Counted from the stretch's first letter, positions 27,266 to 36,900 are shown. The stretch: 64,000 bases of DNA from Gemmatimonadota bacterium (GCA_016713785.1 JADJOM010000002.1:132404-196403); one strand, 5' to 3'. A program made the numbers and translations. Notes: generated by a model not told the origin, from the sequence alone.

Positions 27266-28300
27266 ATGTCATTCCGTTCCCTGACCCTGGGCCTGTTCGC
27301 CGGCGTGGTGCTGGGCGGCGCGGGCCTGGCCGCGCAGGCCACCCCCGCCGCTCCCGCCCGAACCGCCCGGCCGGCCGAGCCGATCCAGCCCATCGTGGCG
27401 CCGCGGATCACCCACCCGGCCAAGGTGGAGCTGGGCAAGAAGCTCTTCTTCGACCCGCGGCTGTCGCGCTCCGGCTTCATCTCCTGCAACAGCTGCCACA
27501 ACCTCAGCATGGGCGGCAGCGACAACCTCGAGACCTCGATCGGCGACCACTGGCAGCGCGGCCCGATCAACGCCCCGACGGTGCTCAACTCGAGCATGAA
27601 CCTGGCGCAGTTCTGGGATGGCCGGGCGGCGAGCCTGCAGGAGCAGGCCGGCGGCCCGATCGCCAACCCGGGCGAGATGGCGCTGTCGCACGGGCTGGCG
27701 CTCGACGTGCTGCGCTCGATCCCGCAGTACGTGGTGGAGTTCAACGGGGTGTTCGGCAACCCGGACATCACCATCGCCCAGGTCACCGAGGCGATCGCGG
27801 CGTTCGAGGCCACCCTGGTGACGCCCGACAGCCGCTTCGACCAGTACCTGCGCGGCAACCGCCGGGCCATCAACCCGCAGGAGCGGGCGGGGTACGAGCT
27901 GTTCAAGTCGAGCGGCTGCGTGGCCTGCCACCATGGGCCGGCGGTGGGCGGGGCGTCGTTCCAGAAGATGGGGCTGTTCGGCACCTACGAGACCCAGAGC
28001 ACCGCCATCGGCCGTGCGGCGGTGACCGGCAAGGACGCCGACCGGATGACCTTCAAGGTGCCGACGCTCCGCAACGTGGAACTCACCTATCCGTACTTCC
28101 ATGACGGCGCCGCGCACACCATGGAAGACGCGGTGATGGTGATGGGGCGGCTGCAGGTGGGGCGGGAGTTCACGCCGCTCGAGGTGGCGCAGATCGTGGC
28201 GTTCCTGCGGACGCTGACGGGCAAGCAGCCGGCGATCACCATCCCGATCCTGCCGCCGTCGTCGAGCATCACCCCGCGGCCGACGCCGTTCGGGAACTAG
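27266..28300 (+). CDS. di-haem cytochrome c peroxidase (CcpA/MauG family)
   Basis: Two CxxCH motifs (CNSCH, CVACH). Signal peptide present. AAGGAGA lies 5 nt before ATG 27266. Alternative ATG at 27251. Confidence 0.9.
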   Translation: MSFRSLTLGLFAGVVLGGAGLAAQATPAAPARTARPAEPIQPIVAPRITHPAKVELGKKLFFDPRLSRSGFISCNSCHNLSMGGSDNLETSIGDHWQRGPINAPTVLNSSMNLAQFWDGRAASLQEQAGGPIANPGEMALSHGLALDVLRSIPQYVVEFNGVFGNPDITIAQVTEAIAAFEATLVTPDSRFDQYLRGNRRAINPQERAGYELFKSSGCVACHHGPAVGGASFQKMGLFGTYETQSTAIGRAAVTGKDADRMTFKVPTLRNVELTYPYFHDGAAHTMEDAVMVMGRLQVGREFTPLEVAQIVAFLRTLTGKQPAITIPILPPSSSITPRPTPFGN

Positions 28301-28392
28301 GCGGCTCGGCGGTCGGAGCACGGCTGATGGCGTGGCGGCCCGGGCCCACGTGCCCCCGCCGCGGCCTGCCAGTCATCAGCTTTGGCATGCCG

Positions 28393-28516
28393 CTCTGGGG
28401 GCACGTGGTCCCAGCCCTGGCACTGACGGCGGCGCTGCACTTGCCGCCGACCCTCTCTGGGGGCACGCGGTCCCGGGCCCGGCAGGGACGGCGGCGCTGC
28501 ATTGACCGCCGACCCT
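28393..28516 (+). repeat. two tandem copies of a 62-bp unit (about 85% identical)
   Basis: ctctgggggcacg(t/c)ggtccc...gacggcggcgctgca...ccgccgaccct starts at both 28393 and 28455. A partial inverted copy lies at 28342-28356. Confidence 0.8.
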
Positions 28517-28616
28517 CGGGTAGCCCCGTCGCCGCGTGCCAAAGCCGACGACTGGCACGCGCCAGAGGGGGTACCCGGGGGGAGGCCCCGGTCCCGCAGC
28601 GGCACGGCGGGACAGC

Positions 28617-28651
28617 GAACGGGGCGGGCCACTGGGTGGCCCGCCCCGTTC
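28617..28651. terminator. bidirectional terminator-like hairpin
   Basis: gaacggggcgggcca-ctggg-tggcccgccccgttc gives a 15-bp perfect stem and 5-nt loop. It lies between the convergent peroxidase and barrel-protein genes. Confidence 0.65.
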
Positions 28652-28676
28652 TGTCCTGCCGTCCAGCGCCTGGCGC

Positions 28677-29207
28677 TTACTTGCCGAGCGGGATCGCGAA
28701 CACCGCGGTGATCGGGATCAGGTTGGTCGAGGACGGATCGCTCTGGATCGAGATGTAGCGCGCCTCGATGGCGATCTTGAGCTTGCCACCGGTGCTGATC
28801 AGGATGCCGGCGCCGCCGCCGAAGCCCAGGTCGGCTTCGGAATCGAAGTCCGCGACCTTGAGGCTGAAGTAGCCCACCGAGCCGATGACGTACGGGGTGA
28901 TGCTCTTGCTGCCCTTGAACATGTAGGTCACGTTGCCCACGCCGCTGAACAGCTTGACCTTCTCGCTCGCGCCCTCGATGGGCAGCTGGGCGTAGATCAC
29001 GTCACCCCGGAAACCCAGGTTCGACGGGAGGATGTACCACAGCACGCCGGCGCCGTGCCAGCCGGTGTTCGTGATGTCCGCAGCATCCCCGGTGGGGAGG
29101 ACCGCGCCGCCGCCGGCGCCCACGACCAGGGTCTGCGCCTGCGCCGAGCTGGCGCCAACGACCAGCGCGAGGGCGGCCGCCGCGAGAACGGAAGTCACAC
29201 GCTTCAT
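28677..29207 (-). CDS. small outer-membrane beta-barrel protein (OmpW/OmpA-barrel-like)
   Basis: Signal peptide MKRVTSVLAAAALALVVGASSAQA. Alternating beta-strand pattern. AGGAG upstream of ATG 29207. Confidence 0.8.
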   Translation of the reverse strand: MKRVTSVLAAAALALVVGASSAQAQTLVVGAGGGAVLPTGDAADITNTGWHGAGVLWYILPSNLGFRGDVIYAQLPIEGASEKVKLFSGVGNVTYMFKGSKSITPYVIGSVGYFSLKVADFDSEADLGFGGGAGILISTGGKLKIAIEARYISIQSDPSSTNLIPITAVFAIPLGK

Positions 29208-29325
29208 AACCACTCCTGTTGGGAGAGCTCCGGAGGGTGACCGGACGGGGCGTCCGGACCCGGATTGCGCATAAGACTGGGCAGGAGGGTCTGAAGCGTT
29301 CAGGAAGGTGGTTTCCAGATGTGAT

Positions 29326-29360
29326 AAAGGAGTACCGGAGTCGGAATCCGGTACTCCTTT
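29326..29360. terminator. strong AT-containing hairpin
   Basis: aaaggagtaccgga-gtcggaa-tccggtactccttt gives a 14-bp perfect stem. T-rich on both sides (TTT / TTTAT on the complement). Confidence 0.45.
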
Positions 29361-30005
29361 CGGCGTCCGCCGGGGGGGGGGGCGGGAAGGCGATTCGGCG
29401 GTTCGTGATTCGTGGGGTGCGTGGGTCGCTCCCTAGGCACCTGCTCTGCCGCGGGCCAGTCGGCGGCGTTGGCACGAAGCGATGGGGGCATCCGGGGGGT
29501 CGGTCCCTGTGTATCACGGCGAGGGCTCCGACCTCCGCCCGAACCGGCGGCCTGTCGGCGTCTCCTGATAGTCCTACTTCGGGAGGTCCGCCACCGCTTG
29601 CCGGTCTGCGCTTCCTAGTGGTCCTACTTCGGGGAGGTCCGCCCTCAACCCTGATCCTCCGATCCTGAGCGGCCCTGAAACGGGGGAAGGGTCACGGTAG
29701 CCGCGAGGTGAGCCAGCGCCAACGCACAGAGGCCACCTGCCAGCCGCATGGAGTGGCCTGACATCCTTCCGGAAGCGGCCTGACATCTAGGGCACCTTGC
29801 CAACTACGGGCCTCGGGCCGCCTATCTGCGGATCCTGTAGCTCACCGGCCGTTGCCCTGCCGCATACGCATACGCATACGCATTCCATGGCAGCCGCCAT
29901 AGTGCGCGCATGCCGCAAGGGCGAGCGCCGTGGACGCCATGGTGCGGCCGGCCTCGACACCGCGACCGCGCGGGCATGGCCACTCCTGCGAGCTGGCATG
30001 CCGAG

Positions 30006-30407
30006 CTAGTAGTGCTCTACTCCATCCTGCCGGACGATCGCTCTCGTAGCTGGATCAAAGTAGAGCTGATACCGGAACATGCCACGGGAATCATAGATGT
30101 TGAGGTAGACCACATCCGTTTCCCTTAGCGCCTGCCCATCGAGGAAGAACAGCGTGAAGAGGTGCCGGGCTAGAGGCTCATCGATCTCATCTTCCCCCAC
30201 GCTGCGTGCGGACAGATACAGCTGATCATCGATGGCCACCTCGACACGCGATCCCCACTGCGCGCGGATTGCATCGAGGCGCATCTCATCTCCTGGTGCA
30301 GCACTGCTGCAGCCCGCCAGGACCAGCAACAAGTGGGCGCCACCCAGCCAGCTCCGCCCACGACTCACCCACTGGCTCCGCCTCATCCTCCGGTCTCCTC
30401 GTGACAA
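30006..30407 (-). CDS. lipoprotein, candidate immunity protein for orphan toxin 2
   Basis: The gene starts 30 nt downstream of the toxin stop. Lipobox LLLVLAGCSS. Lower GC than the background. Confidence 0.6.
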   Translation of the reverse strand: MSRGDRRMRRSQWVSRGRSWLGGAHLLLVLAGCSSAAPGDEMRLDAIRAQWGSRVEVAIDDQLYLSARSVGEDEIDEPLARHLFTLFFLDGQALRETDVVYLNIYDSRGMFRYQLYFDPATRAIVRQDGVEHY

Positions 30408-30437
30408 CGCAAGTGTGCGTGGTGCGACACCACGATC

Positions 30438-31433
30438 CTACCTGCATGACCTTCCTGTGATGGCCGCAGCGATCCCCCGTGCGTTGTTGAACACATCCCT
30501 GGCACTGAACGCCCAGGCAGTCTTCCCGGTGAGGCGGCTGCCCAAGTTCGGCAGGTCATGCCTCACTAAACCTTCCAGTTCATTCAGCAGCCCGAACTGC
30601 CACGCGAGGAATGGCCCGAACTGTCGGGTCGCCTCGTACGAGCCATGGAAATGCCTCTCGGACGACAGTGCCTCTCCCCGAAAGAGGTGGTGCATCACTG
30701 GCCTCATGCTATGAAACCACTCGTAGGTGTCAACGGGGTTGAACACAGCTACTACTAAAGGGGTGGGCGCAAGAGGTTCGGCGGGGCACCCAGTGTGCGA
30801 CCGACTCTTTGTCGGAGAACCTCCAGCGGGGCTCCTACGCCGACTCCGTGTCGTGTCCCCTGGCGCGAGTGGGTTCCAGTATGGTTGCTCGGGAGCGGAG
30901 AACGTTCCCTCTTTGTCTTCTTCCGATCGACAAGTCCAATTCTCGTCGTAGCCCTCCAGATGGACGTCGGTGCAACGAGGCTCCAGCCCGGAGGGGTCGG
31001 TCAGGTTCACCGGATCATTCCCTGCATACGCGTACACATTCAGGCCGCCCGCGATCCCGATCGGGTCCTCGCTGATCCACCGCCCCAGGGCGGGGTCGTA
31101 GTAGCGCGCCCGCATGTAGTAGAGCCCGCTCTCGCCGTCATACTCCCGCCCGGCAAAGTGATAGCGGACCACGATGCCGGTATCGGCCACGGCGTCGCCC
31201 CAGGGCGCCTCGGCAAATTCCTTGACCTTGGCCCCGGTGCGGAACCGGGCCAGGCCGCGCACGGTGCCGTTGATCGGGTCGAGGATCGCCGCAAGGGTGT
31301 CGACGACCGGGGTCGTGGCCCGGAGGGCCAGGAGCCGGTCCACCCCGCCGGGGTACCAGTTGAATTGGTGGTGGTGCAAGCCAAGGTCAAGGCCGCTGCG
31401 GAGTACTCGACTGTGCCCAGCAGGGGTGGTCAA
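30438..31433 (-). CDS. orphan RHS core-end plus C-terminal toxin cassette 2 (has its own ATG)
   Basis: YPGGVDRLLALR...YAYAGNDPVNLTDPSGLEP repeats the RHS core end. A unique ~190-aa tail follows, with ERHFHGSYEATRQFG...DVFNNARG. Confidence 0.8.
   Translation of the reverse strand: MTTPAGHSRVLRSGLDLGLHHHQFNWYPGGVDRLLALRATTPVVDTLAAILDPINGTVRGLARFRTGAKVKEFAEAPWGDAVADTGIVVRYHFAGREYDGESGLYYMRARYYDPALGRWISEDPIGIAGGLNVYAYAGNDPVNLTDPSGLEPRCTDVHLEGYDENWTCRSEEDKEGTFSAPEQPYWNPLAPGDTTRSRRRSPAGGSPTKSRSHTGCPAEPLAPTPLVVAVFNPVDTYEWFHSMRPVMHHLFRGEALSSERHFHGSYEATRQFGPFLAWQFGLLNELEGLVRHDLPNLGSRLTGKTAWAFSARDVFNNARGIAAAITGRSCR
31010..31358 (-). repeat. ~350-bp direct repeat, copy 3 (RHS core end)
   Basis: Near-identical at nucleotide level to 32978-33320 and 34542-34888. 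Confidence 0.9.
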
Positions 31434-31436
31434 CAG

Positions 31437-31667
31437 CTAGCGGACGTCCGGGGGCGCAGACTTGACCGACTCCGGCTCCCCGCGCGATCGATGCTCGAAC
31501 CACATGGCCAAGCCGAAGCACGCCAGAAAGTAGATGACCATTCCCACCGCGGCTCGAGTCCAGGCCAACCGCTGCCAGCCAGCGATCATTCCCAGCGCCC
31601 CGGAGAGCAGGCCTACGAGCAGTGCGGGCCACCTTGCTCTGACCGTCGCAGCGATCAGTGTTCTCAC
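31437..31667 (-). CDS. small two-helix membrane protein (possible stray immunity gene)
   Basis: GTG start, 76 aa with two hydrophobic helices. Acceptable GC3 bias. Weak RBS. Confidence 0.4.
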   Translation of the reverse strand: MRTLIAATVRARWPALLVGLLSGALGMIAGWQRLAWTRAAVGMVIYFLACFGLAMWFEHRSRGEPESVKSAPPDVR

Positions 31668-31794
31668 TGCGAGGGTCCTTCAGGGCGCGAGTGCGTGTCG
31701 CTGAGATTGGTGGAATGCCGCCACCAGGTTGGAAAACAGGCAACCCGTCTACGACAGCCCTGGCCGACCTGAACCCGTGAGGCGCAGTGATGCC

Positions 31795-32397
31795 CTATTC
31801 CAGGATGACCACCAAGGTGGCCACGGCGAACTCCGATGGGTCGCTTGGCCGCCGCCCACTGATGCTTATCCCGGTTGGGAGTACATAGTTCAGGAGCCAT
31901 TCATGCAGTGCGGGTACAGGCACCACGCGGGCCCATTCTCTGGCGTTGAGGAGTACGGCCTGCTCAGAATGTTCCCGCGCGGGTTCAGCAATGAGGGCCC
32001 CGATCGTTGAGCCTGGGCCGAGGAGGGCCCTCGCCTCCCCAAGGTGGCGAGCGATGGCACCTTGCTCTGTAAGTGACTCACACTCTAGGGTTAGAAGAAG
32101 TGCGTGACCTGTTGCAGTGCAACGCACTGGCTTAGCGGCACTCACGAGGGCATGCAGTGCTGCGCCGAAGCCAGGTGCTACGCTGTTGTTGACCCGAATC
32201 TCTGCCGCCTGCGTGTCAATGGAGCTACCTGCCGCAAGTGCGGCCGCTACCAAAGCCACCTCAGCGGCAAGTTCGCGATGACTGTTCTGGTCCGCTCCGG
32301 GCGAGAATGGCATGCTAGGCGTCCCGGCAGGAATGAGCGCGATCCAGAAAAGGAAGTTGGAAATCTGGAGCATGGGCGCTGTGGCGTTTCTGGACAT
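31795..32397 (-). CDS. candidate immunity protein for orphan toxin 1
   Basis: ATG 32397 lies 8 nt after the toxin stop (32406). 200 aa, mainly helical, with no signal peptide. GC falls to roughly 50-65% by eye. Confidence 0.55.
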   Translation of the reverse strand: MSRNATAPMLQISNFLFWIALIPAGTPSMPFSPGADQNSHRELAAEVALVAAALAAGSSIDTQAAEIRVNNSVAPGFGAALHALVSAAKPVRCTATGHALLLTLECESLTEQGAIARHLGEARALLGPGSTIGALIAEPAREHSEQAVLLNAREWARVVPVPALHEWLLNYVLPTGISISGRRPSDPSEFAVATLVVILE

Positions 32398-32405
32398 TCT
32401 GGCCC

Positions 32406-33330
32406 TCAGGGTGTAGGGGCGTATCCCTCGAAGACGGCATGCCCACTTGCACAATGGACAAAAGCCTGTGCCCTGAGGCTCATGAGCAGCGCCTGAGGAC
32501 CGACCGGACCAAAGTACGTTCCTCGATATACCCCAACCCCGCCGAGCACCTTCACTCGAAGAGGACCGATCTTGAAATAGTCGTTGATCGCAACCCGCTG
32601 GACCGAGAACACCCCCCGCTGGGAAGGCGGGGGGACATCGATCACTGCCACATACTCGATGCTTCCAACCGCACATCCCTTCCAGGCATTCTTCCGCCCG
32701 GTCGCAATAACGATCGGTGGTGCGCCGCCCGCGCCCGTGCTGCGATATGGGTTCCACGGTGGATTGTCCTTCCACGCATCCGGGATTTCCCCGCCACATC
32801 GCAGTCGGTACCAAGGATCTGTGGACAGGATCCAACCGCTGTCGCAAGCCCCCTTGTTCTGGCCGGTATCCCCGAACACCTCAAGAGTGTCCATGGGCAA
32901 CGGGCAGCCACCCGGTGTGCCCGGAGGCTTTCTCAGGTCGCACCGTGGATCCAGTCCTGAAGGGTCCCTCCCATTGACCGGATCATTCCCCGCATACGCG
33001 TACACATTGAGCCCGCCCGCGATCCCGATCGGGTCCTCGCTGATCCACCGCCCCAGGGCGGGTTCGTAGTACCGCGCCCGCATGTAGTAGAGCCCGCTCT
33101 CGCTGTCGTACTCCCGCCCGGCGAAGTGATACCGGACCACGAGGCCGGTATCGGCCACCGCGTCGCCCCAGGGCGCCTCGGCAAATTCCTTGACCTTGGC
33201 CCCGGTGCGGAACCGGGCCAGGCCGCGCACGGTGCCGTTGATCGGGTCGAGGATCGCCGCCAGGGTGTCGACGACCGGGGTGGTGGCCCGGAGGGCCAGG
33301 AGCCGGTCCACGCCGCCGGGATGACGGGCG
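32406..33330 (-). CDS. orphan RHS core-end plus C-terminal toxin cassette 1 (no credible own start)
   Basis: HPGGVDRLLALR...NDPVNGRDPSGLDP followed by a unique ~190-aa tail. The track ORF extension up to 33743 runs antisense-frame through the immunity gene and is not credible. Confidence 0.75.
32978..33320 (-). repeat. ~350-bp direct repeat, copy 2 (RHS core end)
   Basis: See copies at 31010 and 34542. Confidence 0.9.
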
Positions 33331-33445
33331 CATTCGGGGCGGCGCAGGCCAAGCTCAAGGCCGCTGCGGGATGTTCGTGCGGCTGGGGGAATGGTCCTGA
33401 GGCGGGCGGCGCTGCCTGCGACGGCTCCTATCAGCGGCTTGCTAG

Positions 33446-33916
33446 TCACGGTTCCGGGCGATACTGCTCCAGAAACTCCCGCGACAGGCGCTGGTACGCT
33501 GGGTAGAGCGCCAACGCCATAAAGGATCCCGTGACGATGGCACAGAACGCTGCCGCGAGCAACTGGGCCTTCACGGGCTCTTCCGGATACAACAACACGC
33601 TCAAGACCACGGCAAGCGGGCTGGCAATGGCGACGCCTACCGGCACAAGGCGGCGGCGCGATAATGTGTGCGGATCCAGGAAGCCGACCACCGCCCCGGT
33701 GAATCCCGAGAAGGCGTAGTACAGCAGCATCGCCGCCCACCATGTGAGCCCGAGGCGCCGGAGATTCTCGCCTCCCGTGAACACGGCGAGTGCGGCGACG
33801 TAGACGACGACGATGCTGGCATACCGGAGGCTCTTCCCCACGAAGAACCGCACTCGGGGCCGAGTCAGGTCCTTCGCTGCCTCCCGAGCTAGTTCAACAG
33901 GGGTTTGATGATGCAT
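33446..33916 (-). CDS. four-helix membrane protein, candidate immunity for the main RHS toxin
   Basis: ATG 33916 overlaps the RHS 3' end by 28 nt. 156 aa with four hydrophobic helices. Confidence 0.65.
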   Translation of the reverse strand: MHHQTPVELAREAAKDLTRPRVRFFVGKSLRYASIVVVYVAALAVFTGGENLRRLGLTWWAAMLLYYAFSGFTGAVVGFLDPHTLSRRRLVPVGVAIASPLAVVLSVLLYPEEPVKAQLLAAAFCAIVTGSFMALALYPAYQRLSREFLEQYRPEP

Positions 33917-36900
33917 TCCATCCCCGTCTGCAAGGACGATACAGCGGTCCCTCCCCAGGGAACCCAACTTGCCGCCGCCCCTCCAACCGCCCAGAGGAAA
34001 TCGCTTGTCGACTGATCGGCCGACAACGCAGCTGTTGCCGCCCCACGTGCCCTCCAAATCCCAGCTCGGAGTGCGCGCTCCGCCGCAGCCGCCCTGCCCG
34101 CTCGCGCCCCTGCAAATGTCGACTTGCCGAACAGCCTCCAGTCGGCATGTGCCATTGCCCCGGCGAACTCGGTCTGGCTGCGTGCCCAGCTACCCAGCAC
34201 CTTTGCACGTTCGAGCCACCTGGCCTGGGTGAAGTCCAATGTGCCATTGATGACCAAGTTTGAGAATGCCGCGGCGCATCTCTGCCCCTGTGTCGGCTCG
34301 CCAGGACCCTCGCTTTCCTCCCCACCACCCGGGAGGTTCCGCCAGCGGTCGGGAATCTGGCCGCCAGAGCGCAGACGGACCCACTCGTCGGTGGACGAGG
34401 TCCAGCCGCTGTTGCATGGCTCCCCATTCGTGCCGTACCACGTCGGTATCCACTCCGGCTCATCATGCCTCTCCAGCGGTGGCAGGCACACCACGCCTGG
34501 ATCGCAGTCCGGATCCAGCCCAGAAGGATCCCGCCCATTGACCGGATCATTCCCCGCGTACGCGTAGACGTTCAGCCCGCCCGCGATCCCGATCGGGTCC
34601 TCGCTGATCCACCGCCCCAGGGCGGGGTCGTAGTACCGCGCCCGCATGTAGTAGAGCCCGGTCTCGCTGTCGTACTCCCGCCCCGCGAAGCGGTACCGCA
34701 CCACGATCCCCGTGTCGGCAACCGCGTCGCCCCAGGGCGCCTCGGTGAATTCCTTGACCTTGGCCCCGGTGCGGAACCGGGCCAGGCCGCGCACGGTGCC
34801 GTTGATCGGGTCGAGGATCGCCGCCAGGGTGTCGACTACCGGGGTGGTGGCCCGGAGGGCCAGGAGCCGGTCCACGCCCCCCGGATACCAAGCGTATTCC
34901 CGCAGCACGGTCCCCGCGGCGTTGAGGTCGAAGATGACCTGGTCGCCCTCGTATACGTAGTACTCGTCCGCGGCGGCCATCTGCTTCCGCACCCGGCGCC
35001 CGAGGGCATCATAGAACATGCTGTCCACGAGGGCGCCTGTCGAGCCGTTCCGGATGCCCCGGAGCCGGCCAAGAGCATCCCAGGAGTACTTGTACCCGGA
35101 GCCCGTCCCGCCCGGGCAGGCTCCCACCAGCCGGCAGACGATGCTCCCGATCGCATCGTAGGAGAGGTTGGTGGTGCCGAACGCGGCCAGCCGGTTCCCC
35201 GCCCCGTAGGTCGTCGTGGTACCAAGCTGGCCGCGGTTGCCGGTCGAATCGTAGGTCCAGGCGGAGTCGGTCGTGCCATTGATCACGTTCTGGCACTGGC
35301 TCCCGGTGGAGTCGCAGGCGTTGGTAAGCCGGCCCAGCCGGTCATAGCGGAATAGCCGCCGGGTGAAGGCGCCCCCCTTGGGCGACGTGCGGGTCTTGTT
35401 GCGCCCCACGGAGTCGTAGGTCATGATCGGCAATTCGAGCGCGGCAAGGTTGGTCCCGCCGGTGAAGGTCTGGCTGGTGATTCGGTGGTTGGCATCGAAC
35501 CCCTGGAGCAGGCGCCAGGCATTGGCGGTGCCGCGATTGAACACCAGCGTGTCCGCGACCCAGTCGGCCGTGGTCTTGAACGTCAGGCAGCGCTTGGGAT
35601 TGGCGAAGACGCAGAGGGAATCCCGGAGGCCGTTGCCCGTGGTGTACGCGAACTGGAGCAGGGAAGAGTCGGCCGCAGGGGTACTCGGTCGAAGAACGCG
35701 CCTCGTGACCCGGTCATAGGTGTCGTAGCTCAGGCTGCCGCTGTAAGTGCGGCCGTTCATGGTCTGTCGCCATGCGTCGAGGCGCCCCCGGGTATCGAGG
35801 TGGAAGCTGTCGCGGGCTACGCTGTTGTAGGCCACGTTCCACCGGCCCGCGAGGGTGTCGTACAGGAAGTAGTCGGTCGGGAAGCCCGGTCCCGCGCGCG
35901 ACAGCAGCCGACCAACCTTGTCGTAGCTGAGGTCGATCACGTCACCCCGGCGGGTCCGGAACTTCCGAAGGTTGCCGCCAAGGTCGTACTTGAGGGTGTC
36001 GGCCTTGGTGGTGTCCGTGGCATCGTAGCGGGCCACGAGGGCCCCGAGGGCGTTGTAGCCGAACTTGTAGACCACCGGCGCCGCCGCCCCGCCCGGCCGG
36101 GGTGTCTCCACCCGGATCAGCGCCAGGGTCGCCGGATCGTAGGTATTGGTGACCCGATACCCCGGCGCCGCCCAGGTTGTGGTCAGGACCTGGTTCATGA
36201 CGCCGTAGGCGGTGCGCGACGTCGCCGCGAGTGGCGTGATCGAACTGTCGGGCCGTCCAACCGAGTCGAGCGTGACGCGGGTTTCGATGCCTGAGGGATC
36301 CCTGACCTTGACCAGGTTGCCCCAGGAGGCGTGATAGGTGTAGCGGGTCTTGTGATTGAGGGGATCGACGACGGCGGTGTCCCGGCCGAGCGGGTCGGCG
36401 ATGTGCCGCTCCACGAGCTGCCCGGTGGTGGTGTCCGGCCACGCCCCGGTCACGCCCACGTAGATGTCCTTGAGCGCCCCCTTCGGCCCACCCGCCTGTC
36501 CGGTGCCGTAGTAGTGGAAGTCGGTCCGCACCCGGTCGCCCTCGATCCAGGTGAGGTCGCTGGTCAGGGTATCGAGGTAGTGATAGTAGGTGTTCCGGCC
36601 GCCCGGACCGTCGCCGGCATAGGTCAGCTGCCCATGCCCGTTGTAGGTGAACACGGCGTAGGCCCCATTGGCCTCATCGACCCGGGTGACCCGGCCGTCA
36701 CCATCCCGGGTGATCAGGGAGCGGACCCCGAACGGATCGACCACGACCGTCGGAGTGCCGTACGCGTCCTGGCTGTAGCGGACGATGGCACCCAGCGGGT
36801 CGGTCACCGATGACTTGAGCGAGGTGTCCGCCTTCACCCCGGCCTTGGGTGCGTTCAGCGCATTGCCCGGCGTCGTAGGCTGCCAGACCGTGCGCTCGGC

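Noticed and set aside
26878-27984. ORFs encoding (EEGRGKR)n or (SSLFPLP)n across the CTCTTCC microsatellite.
   Set aside because: They are translations of a 7-bp repeat. The remainder overlaps the peroxidase gene in the wrong frame or strand.
29219-30009. ORFs 29219-29668 (+), 29797-30009 (+, with an HTHTHTH run) and neighbours in the gap below the RHS array.
   Set aside because: They show no codon bias, their sequences are low in complexity, and the HT run is a translation of the GCATAC microsatellite.
32406-33743. Full 445-aa track ORF for orphan RHS cassette 1.
   Set aside because: RHS similarity starts only at about 33330. The upstream 400 nt overlap the well-formed membrane immunity gene (33446-33916) in another frame and read as low-complexity sequence.
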